A program made the translations under genes and the position numbers. Positions 21,101 through 27,507 of a DNA stretch of 42,925 nt are shown one piece after another. The DNA is taken from positions 1-42,925 of IMG/VR virus record IMGVR_UViG_3300026166_000003; one strand, given 5' to 3'. The notes under the pieces are model-generated. The model had not been told where the DNA came from, made no database searches, and was given only the letters and a program-made list of their open reading frames with translations. Position 1 is the first letter of the stretch; each line of letters starts with the position of its first letter. Source of the stretch: a virus (lineage: Duplodnaviria > Caudoviricetes).

Positions 21101-21299
21101 TGACATCAATATTATTGATCCTCTGACCAGTTCTGTTAATACCAACACGAGGTAAACCCGTTGCGGTATCTAATTCAGTACGGAGTATCTCTCTTTCTAG
21201 AGCTCCTACTCCTCCTCGAATTGTCAGTTCATTATCACCGATAAGTTTCGGGTTGACACCCCTAAACTTCTCTTTATCGGAATTAATATGCAAACTCAT
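9108..21299 (-). CDS. giant tail-fibre-like virion protein (4063 aa)
   Basis: T/G/S/A/N-rich. Contains GGxGYTxxP repeats, a beta-helix start (VYVSAQIGSDLNDG...GDYVEDNPVSIP...IVGDNLR), 11 TFTC..D.N...H.YPR repeats, two GLDADxLD motifs, RVGIN fibre motifs and a C-terminal SAGPITIANGYTVTI..GGNWAIV. Confidence 0.85.
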   Translation of the reverse strand: MSLHINSDKEKFRGVNPKLIGDNELTIRGGVGALEREILRTELDTATGLPRVGINRTGQRINNIDVTAGGTGYTTQPSVTVAPPGTSDGITALASAFIFNGKVVSIAVNNPGYGYTTAPTVTLSGGGGSGATATAVLDTVDYELDINGAIRTSTSIISDTARILNLDIDNFVTPDANLRGPNLKTYQNNTGTPWAPNVIIQKDSYRYFGANVYQATNAGQTGSDAPTHADGIVLNGEVLFKHIGFHVVDQLEFKYGETGEAGIFPRSITPILGDRSDKIATTEYVLNLATNDVGGRVYVSAQIGSDLNDGRSAVNPVRSIKKACQLAWATPGVKETIIVSGGDYVEDNPVSIPPDASIVGDNLRLVIIRPANPGKHMFKFGDKNYVLGVTFRDQIDSNGDPVATWDYAMVFDDKQRIQIDVDSNGDVGTSYPIGHQIFGPDQFRVDFQQNTGLSTLVNNLEVVGVNTGARAKVIDVNFTYTTGASAYVAGKIDVNLTSGSFVEGERFEYITSAGTGGAISLTMSQTAGSNKIRFTQDPGSTIPAGTYVFLDDTNDTHFTQGYYQVIAIDNTNSGSGYWDVTFVPILNAPTWDTSASGTFTIAAATPNIETIDTTSIKSIRAEGEVVSVDEDYTTTLPISRIDFSLQGDASIATGGFQNAQFGNAEDVGGIIFYTNALVGRTNTHEFKEGQEILISGLPTSGPNLSELNGKQRIYKVLEDNDGRCRRFVIPKKMPAVVDPNLNPGQFAAVKTATKTVTLSLLNSPNSFPLSTPSGRRYQDASILIRNNRDYIADEAVGRLNSQFAKSYFATYEIGGTAASTTTPTGATYDPATGDLVFTKTAHGFSVGTGIRITDSGLTFTCAMDSNATEHAYPRSTDPATAKALPITSKTNDTFTVNVGISPANVEYTPTAATYNAATGDLTLTLGTHSLSTGESITIDNDSLHFKCAMDNNQVTKKYPRALKDQSSGRSLTITGSTATSVTVNVGAAGTNRDFTPTGATYDPATGVMVLTVGQHGVRVGDSVVIDNDALTFTCAMDGHATKHAYPRLGTDPTSGQAIEVTAVGETSHTVTGATYTPATGILQLTIAGHGFANGDYIKLDDDSLKLTCALDSNGSNHDYPRAGYDKASGRWLVVGNVQTNTFDINVGISSDTSVHTFVSAVSGGLKRQDGTFTVNVGTTPQATYTPTNAAYTASTGNMVLTLGGHNLKVGDNIKLADGALTFNCAMDGNYADKSYPRTTIDTHTASNAAYNPSTGLLTLTTQGHGMSNGDLIKIADNSLTFTCNEDNNGSNHTYPRSTDPISGHWMPVQNVTVNTYTIQVLDTVPSTNQTTHAFVSATANGISQKRDRAYDSSLEVIAVASTAHTVTGATYNPSTGVMQLTVTGHGFSNGDRIKLGYNSLTFSCGLDSNATQHSYPRTGDPTGGDWLAISSVATNTFEINVGVSQDTSAHTFVSAITGGLTKQSGDVTINVGASPTVAYTPTNGTYNPSNGDLELTIGTHNIRVGTSLKLTTEGVTFTCAQDSNATNHAYPRATIDNHTATLAYYTPADGKIILTVPGHGMTNGDKVKLDDSSLTFTCAEDSNGSNHSYPRPSDPISGKWIPISGVTTNTFEINVGSSTNTTAHTFISAVTNGIKQKRDRVNEQAIEVTGITATTVTVNVGASSNTTAHTFVSANQDSVVTGGNYAHTFKSATTGGVISGGSYAHTWISSATNGVHFKPNTAHTFVTADSNCVKNRPQTAHTFVRAAANCLSTGGTTFKVYLGQTPEVHTYVSGGTVEFGGSSYNITNFVYDNAVTGVATVTVSASIPNIAEDATVKLADILVSCSSGQKTYPSFSPPTTGTNNNPNGDENCKQDIVHFLNAVIRDLEFGSNHNVIEAAKKYIVGAKVSYVENEIIQTIRGIEYARELAIYAMCNWHTGDNRLTTDPLYAAEHTALTQYRDTTIINTTAGSPRCDDVRAAIDTLAYLFVDVLSNNSANTYLDAAYLISRNKDLIADQVLIDVENKYPNANLSDLNQRKCRRDVGLILGGLVRDLVLGGNSGVVSRAELYFTGTELTGIQPGMLAQTLYAYQKVKEYAINTLSNWTGYAGTHTFVSGVTNAITPNAGGTKTAAAGTTYNAATGDMVLEIGSHSLTTSNTLTIANGGVTFTCDLDANETEHAYPRATDPASGATLAITAVAATTVTVNVGAAINLPVPTTASAATYTANTGELTVTFPDPAKAVKTSHRLAFRENALKFTCDVDSNATQHSYPRRVPADKKAYGKSLPITNVSSAGGSTTVTVNVGAAGSASSSTHAFVSGLANGVVVVYDQVPTTSDIPKFEDWNITLYTGGTPKCANVASTIATEMDLLEDILDGTILPGATTQTTGTLYDTALINTYPDSYIYDSNNVRSAVRGDYDEFPIIEASPYTQNSSVISFLGGNGAFIDGAKVKQPNCPFTGLELDGSATYPNQGKSMVASAFTIVSFGGTGYKVINDGYVQLVSVFVIFCADGVLCESGGYASITNSATNFGQYALRGVGYSPTPYVFDIATISNVSSTPTGRTILTVSGLGREPLEHYVVKINGYTNTNTDIEYFVDVVSAVTVGPPFSAQLTIDDGTGQGMDLTDVATGNPVSTSVLTGKTINLHRPSIVNSSSHTWEFAGSGTNYLALPENGGTKIEANEQVSQNYGRVYVSGTDELGDFKVGTFARIENRTGNITFTGTVTISEVEFLKLKGGDVVVTGFDDSNTLGGANASDAKLPTQKAVKDYITNNLGPYINKPYSTNAVPRALVELTDSGKISVDQIPALRPFSVYTVANQAARLALEGALAGDIAIQQDTSASFILNNDLTSLYLGFQFNAALAFTIGDIFEGSVTTGRIQSTEYRTGVVYQVNVTNNGSGYTVAPAVTVSGGNPGGGAIAASVTCTIANGEVVTATIVDFNGYIGGKGYTTAPTITFAAPPGAGTQAQGVALIESRLYGTIVNKIKIEDTDTFDDSTTPSANTVNINRVVNTSCTLASNWVSLSTNQIAAADITSGVIETDRLASGGAANSFTLLRGDSNWALAVQSMKGAENRYFAQLYSQATSGTNSLIFQTNQNALIGHEVKNTVNGIQANTNITGIVTAGGLTTVAINNPINQTIPSGTIIEFERGESPMTFESTYTQGNFVDDVIISNAGSGYTNGQYYDIPLTGGSGTGLKANFVVSSNAITDVTVTDGGSGYSADFAITVAPNEIGTGSGLVLEAKVSTVNRQYANVSIDVKRVTDLTISADLYGEIGVSRYKKAQFNIGQAGNGSVELKTGADSGLDADLLDGAQGAFYLNSGNQNSGTLPTDRLSGTYNISISGSSQNTIRLITGTNNPTSNPAPNNFVEGAIANTVFNSANGLADGGTRNLVMTIRNGGSGFDATYGGVRQLAFTDNDNMWIRGSGTGVSTFGSWGKVWTSLNDGVDSGLDADRLDNKQGDWYQNAYNLNSGTMSDNRLPGFISPRSYQDRLVIKTFSGDAKYQIYVQGLILNSSPFTPGNPVNLYNANAQAVGSYTIDAITINDDVNDNFNDYSILIGRLTSGNFTGALTVGTASNRVPFQDFTIEDDNTFEVTRLESSSGTALLKLGRKDGQASSPAVYFNSSASAATNYNVALIAAGGTTTDGSGTLEVKVANADGLEVNGSTVWNAGNITFQVNNIANTAVKRDGSGNFSAGTITATLTGASSLNVLKTGDTMTGTLAIAGGSSNLTVGGTSTFSGVTSVNNDLNVDSGVLFVDASANRVGINVGTAPSAALDLRSDEGIFLKSASNAPSTGARIRFTDASDFSQVGTLRYNHADSQSPNSNYGNTFTLEGTESELAFRVVGDVIASRKLGININREPNYTLEVDGDALVQTTLYIDDANDNGGASIQLRGSSSYRNFRLGNQLVGNHYWTLQASTNNGGTTWNGTPAIAVDGSNNRVSINTTTNSGTDPNNNTARNYQFTVQGDMNLNGQFYQNNAEFVTSRWTESSNGNDIHRLSKVGINKSNPSYDLHVGGTSNFEGIGYINGDKMWIDTYGVFKANRNTVSENVTIPANTNCVSAGPITIANGYTVTINSGGNWAIV
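9134..9141 (-). promoter_or_regulatory. perfect T4 late promoter TATAAATA in the 3' end of the giant fibre gene
   Basis: About 36 nt before the ATG at 9098; a GAGG Shine-Dalgarno motif follows. Confidence 0.75.
14380..15036 (-). repeat. two further copies of the same repeat (one circularly permuted)
   Basis: HTFVSGV...TTYNAATG...TFTCDLDANETEHAYPR...TVNVG, followed by ATYTANTG...KFTCDVDSNATQHSYPR...TVNVG...HAFVSGL. Confidence 0.85.
16040..18845 (-). repeat. nine nested ~100-aa repeats within the 4063-aa protein
   Basis: Nine 'ATY.P.TG...H...G..I.....LTFTC..D.N...H.YPR' segments and nine 'HTFVSA..(N/G)G' segments. Confidence 0.9.
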
Positions 21300-21335
21300 G
21301 GTGCTTCCTGCTAGGCCGTCGTTTATCCTAAACTA

Positions 21336-21343
21336 TATTTAGA
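21336..21343 (-). promoter_or_regulatory. late promoter variant (TCTAAATA) upstream of the 4063-aa gene
   Basis: Intergenic, about 37 nt before the ATG at 21299. Confidence 0.65.
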
Positions 21344-21345
21344 CA

Positions 21346-21846
21346 TTAACTCCAGACTATGCTATGAACTTCTGTGCATACAGCCCATTTTATTGTTTCA
21401 GTAGTACCAGCTCTTGTGGTGGAATAACTGAATCTATTCGTTGCTCCTTGTGGGACTATACTCCATGTTTCACCTGCTGGAATATCATCTTTAATAACTG
21501 TTTCAAATGTTGATAAGATACTAACATTACCTAAATTATCACATTTAACAGCAGTCTCCAATTTCCCTGTATGTACAGTACCAGATGGATTGACTGCAAT
21601 AAAATGTCCATCAACGAAATTTAAAGTATTATTTTCTAAAACAATCTGTGTTCCAACATTATCTACCTGCAACACAGCAGTATTGATACCTCTAAGAATA
21701 TAAGAGGTTTTCATACTATCACTATAATAAGAATTCTTCAGTTCTAATGAATTGAGGTTCTTACAATTTCTATTCTCATCAATAACTATGGTCTTATCCA
21801 ATGAGAATCCACCTTGTGAATCAAATTTTTCTAGTGTTGTTGCCAT
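21346..21846 (-). CDS. virion structural protein (166 aa, beta-rich)
   Basis: Co-oriented; starts 2 nt after the upstream stop. N-terminal EKFDSQGGFS and beta-strand periodicity. Confidence 0.7.
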   Translation of the reverse strand: MATTLEKFDSQGGFSLDKTIVIDENRNCKNLNSLELKNSYYSDSMKTSYILRGINTAVLQVDNVGTQIVLENNTLNFVDGHFIAVNPSGTVHTGKLETAVKCDNLGNVSILSTFETVIKDDIPAGETWSIVPQGATNRFSYSTTRAGTTETIKWAVCTEVHSIVWS

Positions 21847-21848
21847 TT

Positions 21849-24800
21849 TTATTTCTTGGTAATGTTGGATACAATAGTAACTTTAACTGTATGAGTGTTG
21901 GTAACATTAGTTCCCAAACTAAAGTTTAATCTAATTTTGTTCTGTGCAGTATATTCAAAGGTTGAAACAATTAAATTGTCATTGGTTTGCAAATTACCAT
22001 ACTCGGTATGGAAACAATTACTACCATCATCAGTAACACCAAACTCAACAAATTCTTTGTGGTTAGTATTAGTATTTTCTGCAACAATAACGACTTTCGC
22101 TCCTTTCTCTATGGCGGTTTCATAAATGTCAGTACTACCAACATTAATTGACCCCTTAACCATTTGTACTATATCGGTTTTGATCTTTGCATCTGCAAGT
22201 TCAAAGTCTTTAAGATCGCTATCGAAGATCTTAACTCCGTTATAGTTACCTGTACCGAATCCAGTATTTAGATAAACATCACCAAGATAGTCAAGTCTAA
22301 GAACTGGTTCAGTGTAGATACCACTAGCAACACCAATATCAAAGTTTTGCTTGCTGCTATAGAGGAACGTCTTATTAGCATCAGTATTATCTAGGGTAGT
22401 TGCAGCACTATCAAAGGTCATCATAGATGCTGTAATTTCAAATTCATCTGATGTAGATGACTTAATTGTATCAACAGCTTTAAACTCTAATGCTGTTGCG
22501 GTAAGACGCATAGTCTCAGAACCATCATTAAAGAAGTAAAGAATATTTTCGTTAGAACCAGCAGATACTTCTGGAATAATGTATGTGTTCTGATCAACGT
22601 CCCTTACTCCACCAAGAGAACCCCAGTTTGCTCCGTCGTATCCTTCAAACTGTGAAGTTGTGGAATTATATCTCAGTGATCCTTGTTGTGGTGTGCCTCT
22701 CTCTGCTGTAGTTCCAGCAGGAACAGCGAATGTTGTATTAGCATCAACAACAACTTTCTTACCTGAATTAGGTCTAATAATTAAATCATTAGTATCAGTT
22801 GAAATAACATTACCACTAAATCTTAAATCATCATTGACACTAAGAGCAGTTGTACTGTTATTAGGACCAATCTTAACGAGGTTAATATCTTCAAAGGTTA
22901 AATCAGCCACCGCCAATCTATCCCATAACATAGCAGTAGTACCGTTTGCCTGACTACCAGATGTATGAGTTGGTTCGTTACCTGAAGTAGCAGATGTACC
23001 AGCAGATGTTACCTTATACAGGTTGTTCTTATACTTAACATAATCATCAACTGCATACGGAGTATTTGCTGCCCATTCTGTAAATGCGGGAGCAGTAGTG
23101 TTAAGTGAACGTAATTTCTTTGTATTAATGAACTCTAAGTAAGTTGGAGAAATACGAATAGAGTTAACATTATCGTTAATGAACCAGTGAGTGTTATCAT
23201 TAGCACCAACTGTTTCTTCTGCCAATAGATATGTGTTTCCATCTAGGTCTCTTACACCACCAAGTGATGACCAAGATGTTGTATTAGCAGTATAACCTTC
23301 ATACTGATTGGAATCAGTGTTATATCTTATACAACCATTCTTAACAATTCCTGCAACAGGTCTTGATAAAGAATCACCTGATGGAACTGCAATTGCAGAA
23401 GTTGTATTAATATCAACAATTCTTCCTGTATCTGGTGATAGTTTAATATCGTAACCAGCAAGAGAATTAATAGATGCATCAGATGCTAATAACTTTAAGT
23501 TATCACCCAATCTAAGATCAGGAGAATTTATAAAACCACCTACGGTAGCATCTCCAGTAGAAACGTCTACACTCCAAGTTGTTCCAAACTTAATATTATT
23601 TGCTGTTAGGGTAATATCATGAGAAGCAGGATCGTCAACTGTAATTGTTATCGGAGTTGCAGAAGTAATTGCTGGAATAGCAGCAGTAGTTAATGTTGCA
23701 GTATCAGAACTTAAGTTGTTTACAGTACCTGTTGTAATAGTAGCTGTTGTACTCTGTAGATCTATTGCACTAAATGCACCTGTTAGAACATCACCCTTAA
23801 CGATTTCCTGTACAACAACCTCAGTAACTTGTAACTGGAATCCACTACCAAATGTCTTAGGGTTAACTGTGTTAATAGTAAATGATGCTTCCTCATTATC
23901 TTCACCACCTTCGTTAACGTGAGCAGCTTGTTCAGTACCACAATAGTAATAGAGTGTTGGTGTAGTCTCAGTAATCTTAATCGTTAGATCAGATCCTGTT
24001 CTTGTTACACCTGTAGTATATTCAGCACCATAGATGTTAAGAATAACGCCACCAGCAGTTGTTGGATTCTCACTAAGAGTTATTTGTGTACTACTATCAA
24101 CAGAAGCAATAACAGTTGTGGAAGGAATAATACCATCACCACTAACTTTAGTGACAATCATACCCGCCAACATTCCAGTTGTGGAAGCAAGAGTTACTTG
24201 CTTAGTAGTAGTTGCTAAAGTTGCAGATACATCCTCAAATCTACTAGGACCCCACTGACCATCTCTAAACTGTGATAGAGAGAATATGTGACCACCTAAA
24301 GTTCCTGAACTTAAATCAAACTTATAACTGTTACCAGCAAAGAGTGTTCCACCAGGTGTATATTGAACACCATTACCATCTCCTTTATCAATGTAGAAAC
24401 GATATTCATCAGCAACCGCTGAAATCTTATCCCCTGTAGTTGGGTTACCAACATCTTTAACCAAATAATCATTAGCAGAAATTGATAATTTATCAACAAC
24501 TATCTTCTGTATGAATCCACCACTAGCACTAATTTTTCTAATAACAACAGCAGTTTGAGCACTACCCACACTACTAACTGTTAACACAATATTATCAGCA
24601 GGAGTTGCACCACCAACTAGAGCACCAGCAATAGTTATAGTATCATTTGCTGCGTAGAAACTACCAGGAGAATCTGTGGTTATTACAGCAGATAGTACTG
24701 CTCCAGAATTATCACGACTAACATCGAAGGTAGCGTCAACACCATTATTGTTACTCGTAGATGCAACACCAGTATAGCTTGCATCATTCGCTGCACCTAT

Positions 24801-27305
24801 TGTTGTAGATGTTGTGATTGTTGCAGCAACAACTGAACCACCAGCATCTCTAACACTATCTCCTACAGCATATGCTGAATCTGCAAGATTACCAGCATTA
24901 GGTGTTAGTACAGAAACTTCTCCATTAGTTACAGTATAAGTTTCTGGTTGAACAAGTTCAAATGCAGAAACCTGTAACACGTCTCCTACAGTATATCCAT
25001 TACCCCCATCAGCAACACTAACATCACTGATAACACCTAATTTATCAATGGTATATGCAAATCCACTACCAGCACCAAACTCAGGTTCAAAGTTAACAAC
25101 TATTGCACCTGGTGTAGATGGTGTAATTGATAGTGTTAATTCCGTAGCACTATTAATAGCTGATATAGTAGTTCCAGTAATTAGTACACCTGTACCACTT
25201 ACTTTATTAACGACCATACCAGATACAAGTCCAGTTGTAGAAGGAACAGTCAGTCGTGATGGGTTTTGGTTTGTAACTTTAATATCAGCAGCACCTGGAG
25301 TTGGTGGAGCAATACTTAAGGTAAATTGAGTTGCACTGTCAACAGATTGAATAACAGTACCTGCTGCTACTTGACCTGGATTATTAATATTTGGAATAAT
25401 GTCAACAGTATCACCAACCATAACCCCTGTTGTACTAGCAACAGTAATCTGTGGGTTGCCTGGTTCAACTGTTTGAACAGAAATAGTTAAGTCGTTATTT
25501 GGAGTAACACCACCTAATGCAGTACCTAGAATAACAAGTTGATCTGATGGTAAATATCCTGTACCAATATTAGTAACTGTTACATTATCATATGATGCAT
25601 TACCTCCAGCATATAAAACCTCAACAGTAACAACAGCACCACTACCAGCACCACCAGTAGGACTTAGGTTTGTATATGTTTGGGATGATGATCCTGCTGC
25701 AATACCACTCCACGTAAGAGTCTGTATACCAGCGTTAGAGACGAAGTTAACACCCGTAAAGTCTAATTCACCTCTAGCGATAGTAGATACGTTTGTAACC
25801 GCTGCTGGAAGCGTTAGAACGTCTCCTCCAGTGTATCCGCTACCGTAGTTGGGAATATTATCAAGAGATTGGACAGCACCCATTGTTGCGCCACCCAATG
25901 TGTATACAAATCCAGAACCTGTTACACCAGCACCAACAGCAGACGAAGCCATCAAATCTGTAGCTGCTACACCACAAGCATCACCAGAAGTATAACTTTC
26001 TCCTGACTGACTGATATTAACTTCACTAACTTTACCTGGAACCTTTGAAATAGTATATCCAAATCCAGAACCTGTTGTTGCATCAGTTAATGTAACTCCT
26101 GCTCCCATATTAGCATGGAGAGAACAACTCACGTAAAGATTGTCTGTTACAGGAGCAGCAGGAACTACCCAAGTTATTTGTCTAGTAGTAGCAGATTGAT
26201 AATTAGCAAGCCAATCTGTTGTATTCACATTAGAACCATCTAATGTGTATGTAATTCCGTCTGTGCTAATACTAGCAGTATCGTCCTGTGTTGTAGAGAA
26301 AAACATTGGATGACCAGCAACAGTGCTGTCATTCAAATTGAAGATGTATGTTTTTCCTTTTAATAAATTAAAGTTATCAACTTGAGATCCATCAAGATAA
26401 TATTTACCACTAGCAGCTTTAAGTACAAATGTCTGTGTACCAGCAACAGCAATTGTTGCGCCTATTACATCATTTACTGCAAATCCTGTACCAGATACCC
26501 ATACACTTGCTCCAACTCCTCCAGAGAAATCCTGAATAGAACCATTTGATACAACTAAATCAACAAGACCATTGGATCCAGTACCACCTGTTACAGAAAT
26601 ACTTCTCCAAGTACCATTTGGATAGTTTGAACCAGCAGTTAATACACCATCAATAGCATCAACTACAAATGTTCCTTGTAAGTTTGTACCAGAACCACCT
26701 GTAATAGCAATGTTACTGTAAGTACCTGGCGTATAGTTATCACCACCATTTGTTATAGAACCAGATATTTCAGGAACAGTGAAATCAAATAATGCTCCAG
26801 TACCAGTTCCACCAATTAATGCAATGTTCTGATAAACACCAGGATCATATCCAGATCCTTGATTGGTTACTGCTCCATTAAATCCATCAACTTCAATACC
26901 CAATAAAGCACCGTCACCAGTACCACCTAAAGCAGGGACACTAGCATACGTACCACCATCATAGTTTTCACCAGCCGTAAGAATAGAAACATACTGACTA
27001 TCAAGACTATTCTTCTCAATAACAAAATCTCGATAATACTTTGTAGAAGTAGCAGATAGATCTGATATCTTCTTACTGGCATGTGCAAATCCAATCACTC
27101 CAGCAGAAGGTCTATAGATACCCAACTGAGTATCATTAGTAAACGCTAGAGAAGGAGCTGCTACAGTTCCATCACCTAATCTTAATAATCCTGTTGAGAG
27201 GTTAGACCCTCCTGAAGTAACAGAAAAGAGTTGAGAACTAAGTGTGTTAATCTTGACCCTTTGAGATTCAAAGGTGTCGGTTCTCGCTACATTAATTGCT
27301 GGCAT
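21849..27305 (-). CDS. large virion structural/fibre protein (1818 aa)
   Basis: MPAINVARTDTFESQRVKIN N-terminus (fibre/baseplate anchor-like), GTVAAPSLAF..DT.LGIYR motif, Gly/Thr-rich repeats and a duplicated G.IRYN...EGY...W.SLGGVRD module. Confidence 0.8.
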   Translation of the reverse strand: MPAINVARTDTFESQRVKINTLSSQLFSVTSGGSNLSTGLLRLGDGTVAAPSLAFTNDTQLGIYRPSAGVIGFAHASKKISDLSATSTKYYRDFVIEKNSLDSQYVSILTAGENYDGGTYASVPALGGTGDGALLGIEVDGFNGAVTNQGSGYDPGVYQNIALIGGTGTGALFDFTVPEISGSITNGGDNYTPGTYSNIAITGGSGTNLQGTFVVDAIDGVLTAGSNYPNGTWRSISVTGGTGSNGLVDLVVSNGSIQDFSGGVGASVWVSGTGFAVNDVIGATIAVAGTQTFVLKAASGKYYLDGSQVDNFNLLKGKTYIFNLNDSTVAGHPMFFSTTQDDTASISTDGITYTLDGSNVNTTDWLANYQSATTRQITWVVPAAPVTDNLYVSCSLHANMGAGVTLTDATTGSGFGYTISKVPGKVSEVNISQSGESYTSGDACGVAATDLMASSAVGAGVTGSGFVYTLGGATMGAVQSLDNIPNYGSGYTGGDVLTLPAAVTNVSTIARGELDFTGVNFVSNAGIQTLTWSGIAAGSSSQTYTNLSPTGGAGSGAVVTVEVLYAGGNASYDNVTVTNIGTGYLPSDQLVILGTALGGVTPNNDLTISVQTVEPGNPQITVASTTGVMVGDTVDIIPNINNPGQVAAGTVIQSVDSATQFTLSIAPPTPGAADIKVTNQNPSRLTVPSTTGLVSGMVVNKVSGTGVLITGTTISAINSATELTLSITPSTPGAIVVNFEPEFGAGSGFAYTIDKLGVISDVSVADGGNGYTVGDVLQVSAFELVQPETYTVTNGEVSVLTPNAGNLADSAYAVGDSVRDAGGSVVAATITTSTTIGAANDASYTGVASTSNNNGVDATFDVSRDNSGAVLSAVITTDSPGSFYAANDTITIAGALVGGATPADNIVLTVSSVGSAQTAVVIRKISASGGFIQKIVVDKLSISANDYLVKDVGNPTTGDKISAVADEYRFYIDKGDGNGVQYTPGGTLFAGNSYKFDLSSGTLGGHIFSLSQFRDGQWGPSRFEDVSATLATTTKQVTLASTTGMLAGMIVTKVSGDGIIPSTTVIASVDSSTQITLSENPTTAGGVILNIYGAEYTTGVTRTGSDLTIKITETTPTLYYYCGTEQAAHVNEGGEDNEEASFTINTVNPKTFGSGFQLQVTEVVVQEIVKGDVLTGAFSAIDLQSTTATITTGTVNNLSSDTATLTTAAIPAITSATPITITVDDPASHDITLTANNIKFGTTWSVDVSTGDATVGGFINSPDLRLGDNLKLLASDASINSLAGYDIKLSPDTGRIVDINTTSAIAVPSGDSLSRPVAGIVKNGCIRYNTDSNQYEGYTANTTSWSSLGGVRDLDGNTYLLAEETVGANDNTHWFINDNVNSIRISPTYLEFINTKKLRSLNTTAPAFTEWAANTPYAVDDYVKYKNNLYKVTSAGTSATSGNEPTHTSGSQANGTTAMLWDRLAVADLTFEDINLVKIGPNNSTTALSVNDDLRFSGNVISTDTNDLIIRPNSGKKVVVDANTTFAVPAGTTAERGTPQQGSLRYNSTTSQFEGYDGANWGSLGGVRDVDQNTYIIPEVSAGSNENILYFFNDGSETMRLTATALEFKAVDTIKSSTSDEFEITASMMTFDSAATTLDNTDANKTFLYSSKQNFDIGVASGIYTEPVLRLDYLGDVYLNTGFGTGNYNGVKIFDSDLKDFELADAKIKTDIVQMVKGSINVGSTDIYETAIEKGAKVVIVAENTNTNHKEFVEFGVTDDGSNCFHTEYGNLQTNDNLIVSTFEYTAQNKIRLNFSLGTNVTNTHTVKVTIVSNITKK
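22500..23400 (-). repeat. duplicated ~90-aa module in the 1818-aa protein
   Basis: AVPSG...GCIRYNTDSNQYEGY..SWSSLGGVRDLDGNTY versus AVPAG...GSLRYNSTTSQFEGY..NWGSLGGVRDVDQNTY. Confidence 0.85.
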
Positions 27306-27498
27306 TTGATACTAACTCTCGCAACAGGGATTTAATCTCAAGAATTTCTTCTTTCAACATATTTATGTCTTCCAATGCGGAACCTAAGTTCCGCGTCTTA
27401 CGTCTAGCTTCTATAGCAGAAACGTCATGATTTAAGATGGCCCCTGTGTTTTGGTCTCTTACAAGACCGTCATGACCTTTCACCTTGAGATAATCCAT
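27292..27498 (-). CDS. conserved small cyanomyovirus protein (68 aa)
   Basis: YLKVKGHDGLVRDQNTGAILN followed by a coiled-coil tail. GGAG is absent, but the gene is co-oriented and sits where such a gene typically follows DUF4815 proteins. Confidence 0.75.
   Translation of the reverse strand: MDYLKVKGHDGLVRDQNTGAILNHDVSAIEARRKTRNLGSALEDINMLKEEILEIKSLLRELVSNASN
27360..27367 (-). promoter_or_regulatory. late promoter (CATAAATA) inside the 68-aa gene, upstream of the 1818-aa gene
   Basis: NATAAATA match about 55 nt before the ATG at 27305. Confidence 0.6.
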
Positions 27499-27507
27499 GT
27501 GCGGAGT

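Noticed and set aside
5985-22271. Additional CTAAATA matches at 5985-5991 and 22265-22271
   Set aside because: They lie 115 and about 420 nt from the next start, and such matches are expected by chance in AT-rich DNA.
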